Below are positions 25,554 to 39,800 of a DNA stretch of 64,000 nt, in pieces; positions within the stretch are counted from its first letter, which is position 1, and every line of letters starts with the position of its first letter. The DNA is from Nageia nagi (Eukaryota > Plantae > Pinophyta). Location: assembly GCA_050084985.1 (NCBI GenBank), contig JBITNC010000001.1:130262001-130326000 (forward strand). The letters run 5' to 3'. Under the pieces are notes generated by a model. That model made no database searches. It was not told the DNA's origin and was given only the letters and a program-made list of their open reading frames with translations. The translations under genes and the position numbers were made by a program.

Positions 25554-27349
25554 AATGCTGGAAGCCATGGTAGTATAGTTTGGGGATTGTATATCTATAT
25601 CCCAATTTTGTAATAAGTTAAGATAAGGAATATTTTTTTAGAAGGCTCCATAAATTTTATATGTATGGTTATCTTGATCTATGAATACAATCATTATGTT
25701 TACCTATTTTCATGATATTATACCTATTATTTATATTCTTAAAAATGTATTACTAAAGTTACTTGTATGGATGATTATAATAGGAAAGCTATGTATGGAA
25801 ACTATCAAATTTCAATTAAAGATGGTACTTTGCATGAATGTTATGGTTTGGAAACTATCAAGTTTAAATTGAATATGGTTAGAATATAAGATTTCTTTAA
25901 ATTATATGAGTTATTGATTATAAGTTGATGATATATTATAGTTGGTTATGGATATGGGTTCAATTTTGTATTAAAACTATGACATCTATGCCTTGACTAT
26001 AGCTACAAATTTATCCATAATATAAGACTATCGATAGAATTTGTCATCTATAGATGTGAAGCTCATAAGAAAACCTATGTACATGTTAAAGTATAATTAT
26101 GATTACCTATAGTCTAGTTCATAGGTGTAAATGTTTGTATGTAATAGGTATAAAGTTAAACGCTTGCTTTCAGGAAATACTAAACTCCTATACAGTTTAA
26201 ACTATTGTGTTTACTTTGAATTATGAATAGGAATAATATAACTAATGGAGGATCCAAACCTGTAATATTGTTGTAAGATATTAGATTATTAGTTTCATCA
26301 TTATAAAGGGTACTAATTGTTAGAGTTGTCATGTAAAAATGATAATTTCGAATATTTATTGCTAGAGTTGACATGTGAAAATGATAACAAAATATTTATT
26401 GTTGGAGTTATCATGTAAAATTAATGATAGAACAATATTTGCACTAATAGAGATGTAGCTTGGTCAAATACTAAAACTTGGAATCAAATTCTTGCTACCA
26501 TATGGTATATGCATGATTTATGACATTAATGCAAGATATATTCTTGCTACCTAAGGTAATGTAATTGATGTAAAAGGAACACCAATGAATGAAAGTGGTA
26601 TTAGATATCAATGAACACATAATAAGCTATGTAATATGTGATGATCCTAAGAAAAGTATAGGATCAAGATAATGCTATAAAATAATATCAAAGGAAAATG
26701 ATTCCCTATCATCAGATAACCAAATATCGAATAGGTCGACACATGCATATTATATCATTTGAACAACAATGGTACTTCATAATACCACCTATTTGAGGAT
26801 TTGTTATCTACCTTTCATTATGTTTCACATAATTTAATTTCCACATATGATATTACTTATTTTAAGGAATCAATTATGTGCTATCAGTAAGGCAACAAAA
26901 TCATGGTTCTTTGGCTCAAACAAGCAGAGATTATGTGAAGTTCTTGTTTGTGGTTCATAGACTTAAATTTGACAAAGGTACATTATTATCATTTATGTAA
27001 ATTGGCATATTTCTAATATATGCTTGAATATTATATTATATATAATTAGTGCTCTATGTTATTACATGAATATTATTTTTCATCTACATTTTTAGTGAAA
27101 CCATTATTTTGAATTATCTTTACCCTCATGATCAAGATCTTGCATAATTCTATAACGGATCCAACCGTGTTGATGTTATACTTTACATATTCATACAACA
27201 CCAAATCTATTAGAATGTATATAAATGACTTGCAATAGTTAAATTAATTATTATCATGACTTATTTCTAATGGTTTAACCCAATTGAAAGCTTATATAAG
27301 TAATACTCAGCTAGTATTTGATGTCATCTTAGTTGTAAAAGTATCAAAA

Positions 27350-29890
27350 ATTGAGAACAATCAGAGATTTGATCAAAAGCAATAAGACTATGATGGTATC
27401 TTTAGCACATCCTTATTAGAAGATATCCACAATTTTCCCCTACCACCCAACCTCAAGGCCCATAATTTTGAGATGTTCAATGGTGATTAGGACCCAAAAC
27501 AACATCTTATAATTTTCAAGAGTTCTTGTTCAAATTGGGATCTAATAAGGAGAAATTGATGGTCAAATTCTTTCTAAGGAGTTTGAAAGGTGATTCTAAT
27601 TAATGGTTCTATAATTTTCTAGAGGGATCAATAGACTCATTCAAATCACTTATAAAGATATTCATGAATCAATACAAGTACAACAGTAAGGAACAAATTA
27701 TTGTTACAAAGTTATGTGCCTTGCACCAAGGAAGTAGTGAAATCCTAAAAAAATACATTCCAAAATTCAAAAAGGTATGGAAATCCATTTGCAATAAATT
27801 AAATGAAACTAAAATTTGTGGTATTTTTATTTATTTCATTCTTCCATTTATCAAGAAATATGCTCTTGATTATACTAATATGGATTTTGAAATTATGACA
27901 AAAAGAGTTTTAGCAAAAGAGAATGTCTTGATTGAGCTTGGATCACTTAAGTATGCAAATACTATATATAATAAAGTAACAAAAAACCATATACTAAAAA
28001 AAAAAGGAAATAATGTGAACATGGCTAAAAAAATTGCTCTCACTAGATCTACTATAGCAAGATATTGTACATTCACTTTTTCCTATATCATCAAGGCTTA
28101 TTTTGTAGGATATGGTCAAAAAAAGCTTATTAAAGCTAATGGATAGAAAAGTTGATGATAGTATGTCATTTGGTGATTCAGATGCTTATTGTACTTATCA
28201 TAAAAGAAGATATCATTCTATAAATAATTAGAAATATCTTAAGGTTGTTATCTTAGATCTTATTGCACATGGGAAGTATGAAATCAAAGAAAATTCTTTA
28301 AATCCAAATCAAGAGATTAATACTATATCAGTAGATTAAGAGATATGTATTGCAATTATAAGGGATCATACAATTTCCATCCTAAATCTAATCACTATTG
28401 AAGAAGTAAGTCTCCCAATTATTCCAAAAGCTTATAGCATGATAGAACAATTAAAAACTACTCCTGCTAAAATTAGTTTATATAATCTCATTAGTACATA
28501 TGAAAAATATAAAGAAGTATTAAATGAGTTGTTTGAAAATGAATAAGTCCCCATAAATATTTTTGATGCATTATTCTATAAAAAAAATCTAATTCATAAA
28601 ATATTGTGATGTCATTCCATTTTTCAAGTTTGAAAGACTTAGGAAGGAACTTATTTCTGAATAGCTAGCACTTTATGTGATACCTATGATGGGAAATACA
28701 AAGAACAATGGTAGATCTTGGTTTAGCTATTAATGTTTGTTCCCAAAAAGTTTTCCAACAACTTGAAGATAATTATGTCAAAATCCCTCCCTTAAAAGAG
28801 CCAACTTTTTGTATAAGAGCCTATGATAGTTCATCCAAAAATCCATTTAATTTGGTCACATTTCTGGTAACACTAAGTCTTATGACTATTGACATAAAAT
28901 TTCATGTCATGAGTGGAAAAATTTCATATAATTTACTCTTAGGGAGACCTTTGTTACATGACATGGATGCAGTACCTTATATAGTACATGGTCATTTGAA
29001 ATATGAATATGAGGAAAAACTACACTTAGTAATGGGAGATCCAAAGCCTTATGTATTATGTAACTTAGCAGATTTAGATATTGAGTGATTTCATTATCTA
29101 AGTTTTCCTAAATTTTAAATATTTACAAAGGAGGTTAAATCAACATTAATAAAAGTAGAAAGGAGGTCTAGATTGCAGAAATAGGAATGGGAACATACAA
29201 AATACAAAACTTGGACATGTTAGCTTCCATAAAATATTTAAGGCATCCAAAAATAATAAAGAACATAGAGAATGGGCACTGTGCTGAAGGTACCATAGAG
29301 CATGCACACCATAAAAATGAAGGACAATCAATTGGTTCTTGCTCTACAACATCTCTATGCCCAAATCCTATCTATCCAACAAATGAAATGAAAAAATAAA
29401 ATATGAGTTATTCCTTTCCATCTCCCTTTATACAAAAATATAGGATACAAAATTGCAAATATATGAGGGGAGGATTAGGAGAATCAGAATAGGTATGCCT
29501 TATTTTCCTAATAACTTATGAGCTTAAAAAGATAAAAAAGGGTTGCGTAGTGATCATAATATTAAGAAAAGTTTAGGTCCTATAAAGTTCATTCTAGAAT
29601 GCACTATGATTGAACTTTGTGATGATATTGATGAGGATTTATGAATTAAAAATATTGTACCTCTTGAGTTTTATTATTTTGCTACTGATGATGATATATT
29701 AGAATACATGGGGGCACACTTAGAGTTACCCAAATCAAATGCAAAAAGATAGCCAAATTATGTTCTTAGTCAGTATGGATATTTTGGATAAGAAGTAAAC
29801 TTTAACGAAGTATTTCAGGTACAATAGGCTATTGAAGAAGAGGATGATTATCATGGACCAGTTCTTTTTTACCCTCTTGGATATCCTTGA
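27350..29890 (+). mobile_element. Truncated Tat/Ogre-like Ty3/gypsy remnant (gag, protease, G-patch-like motif; RT onward missing)
   Basis: FEMFNGD*DPKQHL Gag (~27470); YCTYHK..H knuckle (~28190); MVDLGLAINVC and YNLLLGRPLLHDMDAVP protease (28708-29088). Confidence 0.85.
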
Positions 29891-29924
29891 TTAACCATTG
29901 GTGTAGAATATATCTTAAGATTCA

Positions 29925-30395
29925 TGTTGCTAAGTGCAAATGTTGATATTTTAATGTTGCATGAGATGTTATATTTTCATGAAATGATGTGATAGTTAAT
30001 ATTTGAAGTTTGAATAATATGAATATTACTTTAATGTGTTAATCACATTGAGTTTTACTAGATTTGATTTGGATCCAATTGCAATGAATTTCATAAGTAA
30101 AATAGTTATCTTAGTCTAATGAGATATTAAGCTATTTAATTGTTGGATGGTTACTAAAATATTAAAATAGTTAATTTGAATATGATATATTTGCTAATAG
30201 TTAAATGTTGATTTAAATATGAACTAAGCTTAATAAAGCCTTTTGAATTTCTCAAATATTTAAATGTAAATTTAAATATTATTAGACTTTAATATTGAGA
30301 TTAATCATTGTAAATTTAATTAGTAATTGAAATTTTGATAATGAACATATTATGGTTTTTAAAATAATGGATCATATATTATATTAAATATGGAA

Positions 30396-30454
<59 letters not shown>

Positions 30455-33400
30455 TGTATGTATGTATATATATATGTATATGCATATGGGAACTCCTTGT
30501 TTGAATATTAATTGATATTTTGGTTAATTAGAAGCTCATAATGATTATTAAAAATGGATATTAATAGTCTTTAAATTATTTATATGAAAGATTAAATTGT
30601 ATTTAAAATTAAGTATTCCTCTAATTGTTATATTAAAGACTATTAGTAAGCATTTAAATGAAAGAAAATGGAATTCTTATTTATTGATGATAACATGGAG
30701 TTGTAGAAGGGAAGTTGGCTAACATGCAAAGAAAATAGGAGGGTTGTTTGGTAGTTTTAGGGCAGCCAATAGGGAATAAGAAGGGGAGATATATTTTATA
30801 TCAAAGAGAGGAGAAAAGGGTGCCATACTTCATCTTGCATCCTCTATTTTTGTGTTGCAGTAGAAAGAAGAAGAATTTGGATAGAGAAAATGCATCTAGG
30901 TAGAAAGAAAAATGCATATTTGAGGTAATGACTCACAACCATTAGATTTAGAATGGATTTTGCACTTGCACAACTAATTTTAGACTATGTTGCATGGATC
31001 CTAAATCTCTATTTCATTTGGAAATTATTATTTTTGAAATAGATTTTTGGGTGTCTTTGTTCATGATTGGAAAGATTTGAGTAGAAGAGGGTTTTATTTT
31101 TGTATGATCTAATATCTTATTGAATGTTAATAGTTTGAGTCTATTAAGATTTAAAATAGTTTGATAAACTTAAAAATACTTGAATATCTCTATACGGATT
31201 GTACATGATTGCAAAATAAATTTTTTGGTTATAGTTTGTAGAAAAACCTTTGGGAGGTTAAAAAAATCACATTTTGTAAAAGTACCCTGAATTTATTCAA
31301 ATTTAGTGGGTTGATTCTTTTCCTTAATGGGTATCGAAAACATTTTACAAAACTTGAAAATACTTTGTATTTTAAAAGTTATACTTGATAGAAATTTTTA
31401 GTAGCTTTGAGGATGAATTTTGTAGACTCAAAATGAATGACTTATATTCAATAGAAATACTCAAATATTATATTATTATAAATATATTTAAACAAAATTT
31501 CCAATAGTATAGAGAACATTTAATTTTGTTAAGTATAGCAAAAGTTCTTGATGTCCAAAAAAGTAGTTCAGTGTTATTGCAATGTGTTGGAAATTACTAC
31601 AAAAGTTTATACTTATGCTTGTAGTATTAGTGTTTAGACACTCATACATACTAATAAGCATTTTGATATGTATTTATTTCATTTGTTACAATTACTTACC
31701 TTTGGTATTGTAATTGCTTGACAAAAAAGTTTTCTAGTGTATTGTTTGACAAAATAACTTTATAGATTTGTTCTTGTTTGTTAAGAGAAAACTTAGGCTT
31801 TTATCAAAAAAATTATTGTATTATGGTATTGGTTACTCTCAAACAATATTATAAAACCCTTTTTACATGAGTTGTAATCAAAATTTGAAACAAGTTGCTT
31901 TTCCAAAATATGTAGTGGGTTTTGTGTGTAGCTAATTCTTTATCAAAATAATTAAACTATGCTTTTTAGAAGATTGTAGTTGGTTTTGTTACCAATTGGT
32001 TTTTTATGTGATTTGCATCATTTTAAATTCCTATTATTTCTCTTTTTAATGATATATAACTTGTTTAAATTGGATTTTTGTAATTATTATTGTAAGAATC
32101 TCAAAAACCCTTTTTAGTCTTTGACTATTTTTAGTCTTTTCAAAACTATCAAAAAGAGGCAAGTTGGTATTTGCATTGATTGTAATTTTTGATGTATATA
32201 TTTACTTGTTGAAAGTGTTACATCATTTTAAATTATGTTTTAGATACTACTCAAAATGTAAAGATATTTAAATTAGAGTTTGAATATTTTCTTAGATCTG
32301 GTCTACAAAACTAGACTCTAGGAAGATTGTAAAAGAGAGAATTAAACCTTTTTATTGGCTAAATTAATAACTTTATATGGTTTTTATATTTAGGGATAAT
32401 ATGTATACATACATGCATTTATATATCTGAATAAATTATTTAGTTTTGCTACTTATTATGAAAACAACATAGGCAAACAAGATGAAATTGTGTTGAGATA
32501 GTAACTTGCACTACTATTTGAAAACTTGCATTATTATTAAGAAACTTACATTATTGGTTTAAATAAATTCATCATATCATAGAAATTGGCTTACTTGGAA
32601 TTATATTATAATAATATGCATTTTAAAATTTTATGTTTTGACAAAGACTTGCATACTATTGATGTTTGTTCATTTGTGGTGTCATCTTGATATCTATGGA
32701 TGATATATGTTATGGAATACTTCCATATTGGATGGTGTCCAAGTGTTTATGGATATGTAATGTATAGTAGATTTATTTAATTTCTTATTATAGTATAGTG
32801 ATGCACTTTGTGTATTTTTATGACTTTAGAATTTTTTCATCATTGTCTACTTACATGGTATTTGTTTGTAGCAATTTTTATTAGTGATGCTTGCATTATA
32901 AAGATGTATTTTGAACATTGAGTTGGATAAAGTAATTTGTATTATTATTAATCCTTGTAGGTAGAGATACCTTATTTTCTCTTTGGAAATATGGATAATA
33001 ATATGATGATAAAGTTACTTTTAGATTTGTGATGCATTAGAGTGGACTTATAATTGTAGGATCTTATGTTGAGTGTATGAAGATCTGATTTATAGTGCAA
33101 TGTTGTGTGCTAGAATTTATGTGCATGGTAATGCACAAGATAATTGTAAGATAGATGGACTATATTAATGATATGCATGGTGATTAATAAGGAAATTGTT
33201 ATGTATACCTAGTTACCAAGGGTTTACCTAGTGCATAAATGTCTAGGGTTTTTCTCGAGCTTAGCCCATATTTTGGTGTTATGTGATTTATTTTGTCAAA
33301 TGGATATTTATCTGATGTTTCAATTCATTATTTATAAAGTTATATGAATATTGTAATGGATGGAAATGTATGAGTAAATTTAATGATTGTTTAGTCTTAA

Positions 33401-33842
33401 TCATTATGCTTACTTGGTTTTTTTATTTTGGTCCTTTGTGAAATAACCAAAGATAAATGAAACTTGTTTATTAATGTTTGAATAAAATTATTTTTAAGAA
33501 TATTACCTTGCCATTGTAGTATTCTTAGAATTATTGATAAGGATTATTACTTAGTTTGATTGTAAAAGCTAAATCCCTCATAATTGGCAATCTCATATTA
33601 TATTATTTACAGTAATCAAGTAGGATGTAAGCTTTAATGATTTGGAGAAAAAATTTGTGGCTGATATTTTTGGTCTCTGACAATTATTTTTGTGATATTC
33701 CCATCTTAGAAGAATTACCTTTACTATTATAAAATAAAGATAAATTGATCTTTTTTGCTAAAGAGTTAGGTGATGTTAATATTGGCACAAGTGACCAAGA
33801 AATATTGATCAAGGTTGGAGTTGATCTTCCAATACCACAACA
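29925..33842 (+). repeat. Probable large (~3.9 kb) LTR separating the two Tat remnants; left boundary uncertain
   Basis: Non-coding. Ends …CCACAACA exactly where the neighbouring RNase H reading frame breaks (EALIL|). Candidate TGTTG start at 29925. No partner LTR or TSD found. Confidence 0.45.
30400..30482. repeat. Compound microsatellite (TA)n(TGTA)n
   Basis: Directly visible. Confidence 0.97.
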
Positions 33843-36800
33843 AGATTAAGGCTTCATACTTAGTATTGTTATTTGTGCATGGAAAGTTAAGCTTAAATGA
33901 ATAAGGTATGGGAACTCCTTGGGGTGTAATGAACACAACACTCATACCCTCACTTTGATCACATATTGATCCATCAAAATATACTACCATATCCTAATAT
34001 TTTTTAGATTCTATGGTAATTTTCATTTCATCTAATTGGAATACATGTTCATTTGGTAATTCTATGACTAGTGGATTATAATTAGATAATGGTGCTTTAG
34101 TGAGATAGTTCGTTATGACTTATCCTTTGATTGATTTATGAATTATAAAGAGTAAGTAAAATTTATTTAAATTTATGATCCATTTAGATGTTCTTGCTTT
34201 TTGATAAGTTTTATTCATCATATATTTCAAAGGATCTACTTTAGCAATTACATACATGGTATGGTTTAGCATGTAATGTCTTAATTTTTTGGTTGCAAAT
34301 ACTAATGCTAAACATAACTTTTCTAAATACATGTATTTGATATCATAGCTAACCAAAGTTCAAATAAGATAATATATTTTTTATTATTTACTATTTTTGT
34401 TCTTTTGGGCAAGCATGGTTCCTAAGGATGTTTTTGTTGTAGATATATACAATAGGAATGGTTCTCCAGGCTTGGGTGGTACTAGGATAGGTGGTGAAAG
34501 AAGATAGTGCTTTATTTAATTGAATGCTTCTTGTTGCTCATTTTCCCAATGAAATGTAATTCCCTTCTTCAAAAATTTGTTGAAAGGTTTACATTTGTCT
34601 AATAACTAAGAAATAAAATGTCTTATGGCTAGTAACTTACCCTGTAGGCTTTGTAATTATTTTATATTTGAGGGAGGTAACATATTTGTCATTGATTTTA
34701 TCTTATTAAGATCTACTTTAATTTCTCACCTAGAAATGATGAAACCTAGTAATTTCTCATATGTTACACCAAAAACATATTTCTTTGGGTTCAATAGATT
34801 CTTATATTTTAGTAGCTGATCAAATATTTTGATAAACACTTTAGGATGATCTTTCTATGTTTTTAATTTAACCAATACATCATCTACATAATCCTCTACA
34901 ATGTCATGCATGTAATCATGGAAGATGTACATTATAGCTCTTCAATAAGTAGCTCTAGCATTTTTCAATCTAAAAGGAATTACTTTGTAACAAAATTTTC
35001 CCCAAGGTGTTATGAATGTGGTTTTATGTTGGTCTTATGATGCCACTTTAATTTGGTTGTATCCTAAAAACCCATCCATGAGTGATAATATTTCATGTCC
35101 TATAGTATAATTTACCAAGCTATTTATGTTTGGTAGGGTAAAGTCATCCTTAGGACATGCTTTGTTTAGGTCTCTAAAGTCTGTACATATTAGAATCTTC
35201 CTAGTGGATTTCTTAATTGGTACCATATTAGAAATCCAATCAGAATAATCAATTGGATGAATAAATTTAGCTTACAAAAGATTTTTTAACTCTTCTTTTA
35301 CCATTAGGGCAATTATAAGATGCATTTTTTGTAACTTTTATTTAACAGGTTTTGCACCCTCCTTTATACCAAGATTATGTACTACTATATTTGGATAGAT
35401 TCCAAGCATATCAACATATGACCATGCACATATTTCTTATTTTTCTTTGAGTATTGTAATGAACTCTTTTCATTCATTTTCGATAAGGGATTTTTCTAAT
35501 TGAAAGATTTTAGGGTTGCTAGGTTCATTACTTAAATCAACCTTAGTTTCTTCAATTAACATGTGAGATCCTTCCTCTAATTAGTTAGGTATTGGAATCC
35601 AATTATGATCATTTACATTATATACTTCATCCTCACCTTCATACAAATATTTTAAAGTAGTATTAATATATAAGTCTGAGGCTTATAAAATTACATCTGT
35701 CTTTGAAATCCTAGATTGTAGGTTGTTCAAGAATCAATGTAAAATCTATAGTTTCTTCAACTACCAAAAAATACAAGGAAGAGTTATTTGAAGTTTCTGA
35801 TCCTATTGTCTCAAAATCATCAAACTCATCACTTCCTAACCAATCAAAATTCATTTTATGTGTAATATTATCACATATTTCTATTATTTCTACCATATTA
35901 ATTGAGATATAAAAAAATAATCCTCCTAAGGATAACGTTCCATACTCTATATCATCTTGATTTGTCATCCCTTTAGATATTTCAAACAAATTTTCATATA
36001 TTTTGGGTCCTAGTTCTAACTTAGTTATCTTGCAACTAGATATTTGATTTTTGTTCTTATAACCTAATCATATCTTATCACTAGGTAATTGATAATGAAT
36101 ATCAATGGTGTACCTAGCTCCTTGTTCATATCACCCTAAGCCTTGTCCTTTCCATTAACACCTATCAAAGTATCTTTCGACAAATTATCTTACATTTGTT
36201 GATAAGTATTATATTGAATTATAGAAAATTCTTTCATTGGATTGAGGTAAAGGGAGGATAGGTGGTTCTATTGGACCATGATATATAAAAAGTGTTTGAT
36301 TAGGTAGCTACCTCAGTGGTACTAATTTCCCTACTACATTAGGAGACTCTTTAGGCTTTCCTATTTCTTAAGCTGTAGGAATATTAAAAATGACAACCAA
36401 TGGCAAATTCTCCTATTCCATAATTAGTTAATCTTATAGTCGTAGGATAAATATTATATAGTTTTTTTTTTATTGTAATATCATTATTTTATGCCTTCAT
36501 GGGACAAGATGCTTTTGATCATGAAGCTTTGCTTGCTTCATCCAACTTTCATGCTCTTTCTTCCCATGTTTGCTTTTATAGGAGTGTCATTTTTATTTTT
36601 AGTAATGGATCCACATTAATCTTTAATATATGAGGTATTTCAAGATCAATGGGATTTTTTCTTTTTAATGAACATGGAGAAGTACCCTTTTTTCAATATT
36701 TGCTATTGACACCTTTTCAAGAACTATAGGTGATGTAAAATAATGAGTAGAAAGTAAAATAATTTCTATTGAAAGATGCACATAATTGCAATAGGAATAT

Positions 36801-39800
36801 GGATTTTCATCTCCTAGTACACAATGTACCACCCCATCATGAATGTATTTTAGGTAGTTGTGATATGTTGATGGGATACATTACATGTCTCTAATCCAAG
36901 GTTTCCCTAAGAGTAGGTTATATTATGTTATATCTCCATTAATAACTTGCAATAATGTTTATACTATTTTAGATCCCATAGTAATAGGAAATGAGATAGA
37001 TCCCATTATTGAGCACAAAGCATCATTGAAAGCTTTTAATTGTAAAGAAGGTGCACATATATGTAAAAAAGGTAGATTGAAGTTCTTATAGGGCATTGTA
37101 GAAATGCTATTTATTACAGAACCTTCATCTATTAATATCCTCTTAAAATCTCTCCCATCTATTTTGGCTATAATATATAATGGGGAATCTTAACCTTGTG
37201 AATGATTTAATTTCCTAACTTCATAATCATGAAAGGCAATAGTGGGTTTTTGGCTTATCATTGTAGTAGCTCAAACAAAGACATCTTTACTTATGAGTTT
37301 GTCAATTGATGTTGTAAAGTTACTTGTACTAAAACCTTAAGAGGTTGAGGTTTAGGTATATTTATTTGTACAATACCATCAATTGTTTGATTGTTGAGAA
37401 TATTAGCTTACCTTCCTTGCACCCTTTGGACTCTTGTTGTTATGTTTACCATAGCAACAAAACTAGAAGCATCCTAAAATCCTTTATGCATTACTTGAAT
37501 TTTGTGTGTATGTGATGTTATGGTATTTGCTTGATGTTGAGGAAGTGGATTCTGATATATTTTTTGATTTTGATAAGGGATAGTCAATGGGTTATCTACC
37601 TGTAATCTTCCTTGATCAATCAAATCCTAAACCTTATTTTGTAATGTTCTACATTTTCCTGTGGTATTACCCTTTTGATGATGGTAATGAAAATAATCAT
37701 TCTCATTATACCATTTACTATTTCTTGCATATGGTATTTTAGGTCATATTTCAGGTAATGTAATCATTTGATGGTCCATTAATTTTTTCAAAATATCATA
37801 GAGTGATTCAATTAAAGGAGTAAACTTTCTAAGTGATGGATTAGGGTTTTTTCTCTCATTATGTGGAATAGAATATTTTGTAGAGGGTTTGGTTTTCCAT
37901 CCTTAAGATAAGAAACTTTATTAGCAGGCATTGGTTTTACTGATTGTTCTACCTAATGTCTATTTTTAACATAAGTTCTTTCTTTTTATCTTTTAGTTCT
38001 CAATCCTAGATTTTAATCTTTTCAATTATAATAGCTTCAGATATTGCTTCCTCAAATATCTTATTTGTTGAATCAATAAGGTAGAATCAATAAGTCTTAG
38101 ACAATTATAACTAAATATCTTTACTAGTTCTTCTTGTGGTAGAGTGTAAGGCATGCTTGTCAAAATCATCCTCCATCTTAAAATAAAGTTTGTAACTATC
38201 TCATCCTAGAATTGTTGCAATCTTGTGAGATCAGTTATGAATGTTTTATATTTAATATTTATCCTAAAATGTTCTAAGAATAAGTTATCCAATTGTGCAT
38301 ATGTTATGATGCTATGTTTAGTTAAGTTATTATACCAATCCATCGCTTGTCCAACAAGTGTCATAGGAAAGATATGCAATATCAAAGCATCATTGTTGGA
38401 AATAACATAAATTGAATATTTAAAGCATCTTAGATGTTCTTTAGGATCCTCTCTTCCTTTTAAAGATTCAATTTTTGGAATCTCAAAGTTGAAAGAGATA
38501 TCCATCTTAGAAACACTTGGCTGTATGGGCTCATTACAAATTATTTTGTAAGAGACTTTATGCTTGTTTTGTTGGTGTAACATTATTTCAATTTATATTA
38601 ACCTTTCATCAAAGTCATTAGTTGATTGCATATGCATGATATGATATTTATTATCCCTATTACCTTCCCTTTGTTCATTTATTGAAAATGATTAGTAACT
38701 TCTTTCAGAAGGTGTTTGATCACCATAATAATTTTTATTAAATGGTGGAGTAGGTGTAGGAGGTTGATATGGAGGCAATTGTTGTTGCCCTTGTTTATAT
38801 AAAGGTGTAGGAGTATGATATTTTTTAACCTCATGTCTACATTGATGTAAAGGGGGTCTTGGAGGTTGATGTTGCTCATGTGATAGCTCTCTTTTTCTAA
38901 GTAAGCAAAGGTTTTGATTTTTGTATTTTTTATGACCTTAAGGAGACAAGGATCTTGCTCTAGATGGAAACTTACTATTATCTACTATTTTTTTTAGGTT
39001 TATTATAAATTTGAGTTTGAACTTGTTATTTGTTAGATTTCCCTATTGGTGTTTTACTTTGATATGTGGTAAACACAGGCTATGTTTGCAAACATGGATT
39101 TTGCCTTAGTCTTCTAGGTTGATTCAATTTCTATATATCCAGATTATATAGAATAATTTGTTGGTTGGTCTAAAGCTATTCCTAATTTTTACTTTATCTA
39201 GATACATATTATGGTATCTCTTCTACCTTATACTTTAAAGGATCAAAATTTCCTCTATGTCTTTATTTGGGAATTCCATGACTAGTCAGTCCTAGGGGTA
39301 GTATAGGTAGTACTACGATCCATGTAACTCATAATAGAAAAAGAATAACTAGTCCTAAGGGTAGGTGTACTTGTATTTAGAATATGATAAGCATCATTAT
39401 ACACCCTAGCATGACTTCTTAATTCATGTACCAAAGTAGCTATATGTATCAAAATTCTATCATCAAATTTATACATCCTTCTTGAGATGGTGGAAGGGGT
39501 ATAATCATCTCATATTATATAGGATTGAACAAGATTTCCATCTGGTAGATAATGTGTAACATGAACATACTTAGGTTTAAAAGGAACTTTTTTGTAAAAT
39601 AGCATAAGCCAAATGTATTTATGATTGGGTAACAATCCTTAAAATGATCTCTTCATCATTACCTATTGGTGTATCTTTTGCTAGATAAATTAAATCTAAT
39701 GTAAGACTATGAGTGTGAGAGGAATGAGGAATCCTTAACTATGTTAAACATTGTCTTATTTCATTTAATGTATCATCTATATCTCAAGGAGTTCCTCTCC

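Larger units (their letters stand above)
20023..25562 (-). mobile_element. L1-clade LINE B (ORF1 + ORF2, short 3' UTR, no ORF3)
   Basis: ORF1-like region from ~25553 with NGP*FF and VCLPNLPLELY. ORF2 from ATG 24073 (TAATG junction; MILTS*N), IVVFIQESK, RALGPNGF, RQGDLLFPYMFIIVVEAL, HSQFLDDTLL, zf-RVT at ~20720-20860, WMERNYRIF at ~20545. Confidence 0.9.
1..26542 (+). mobile_element. Decayed Ty3/gypsy chromovirus (Tekay/Del-like) LTR retrotransposon; 5' LTR starts before the window; carries three nested insertions
   Basis: LTR homology: 1-336 plus 4588-6190 matches 12080-12781 plus 19587-20022 plus 25563-26542. PBS at 6499. Domain order gag-PR-RT-RH-INT-chromodomain. Purine tract at ~11133. 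Confidence 0.92.
11145..26542 (+). repeat. 3' LTR of the chromovirus, split by two LINEs; last ~300 bp missing
   Basis: Follows purine tract AGATGGGAAG. Pieces 11145-12781, 19587-20022 and 25563-26542 align in order to the 5' LTR. Homology stops at the equivalent of ~6190. Confidence 0.85.
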
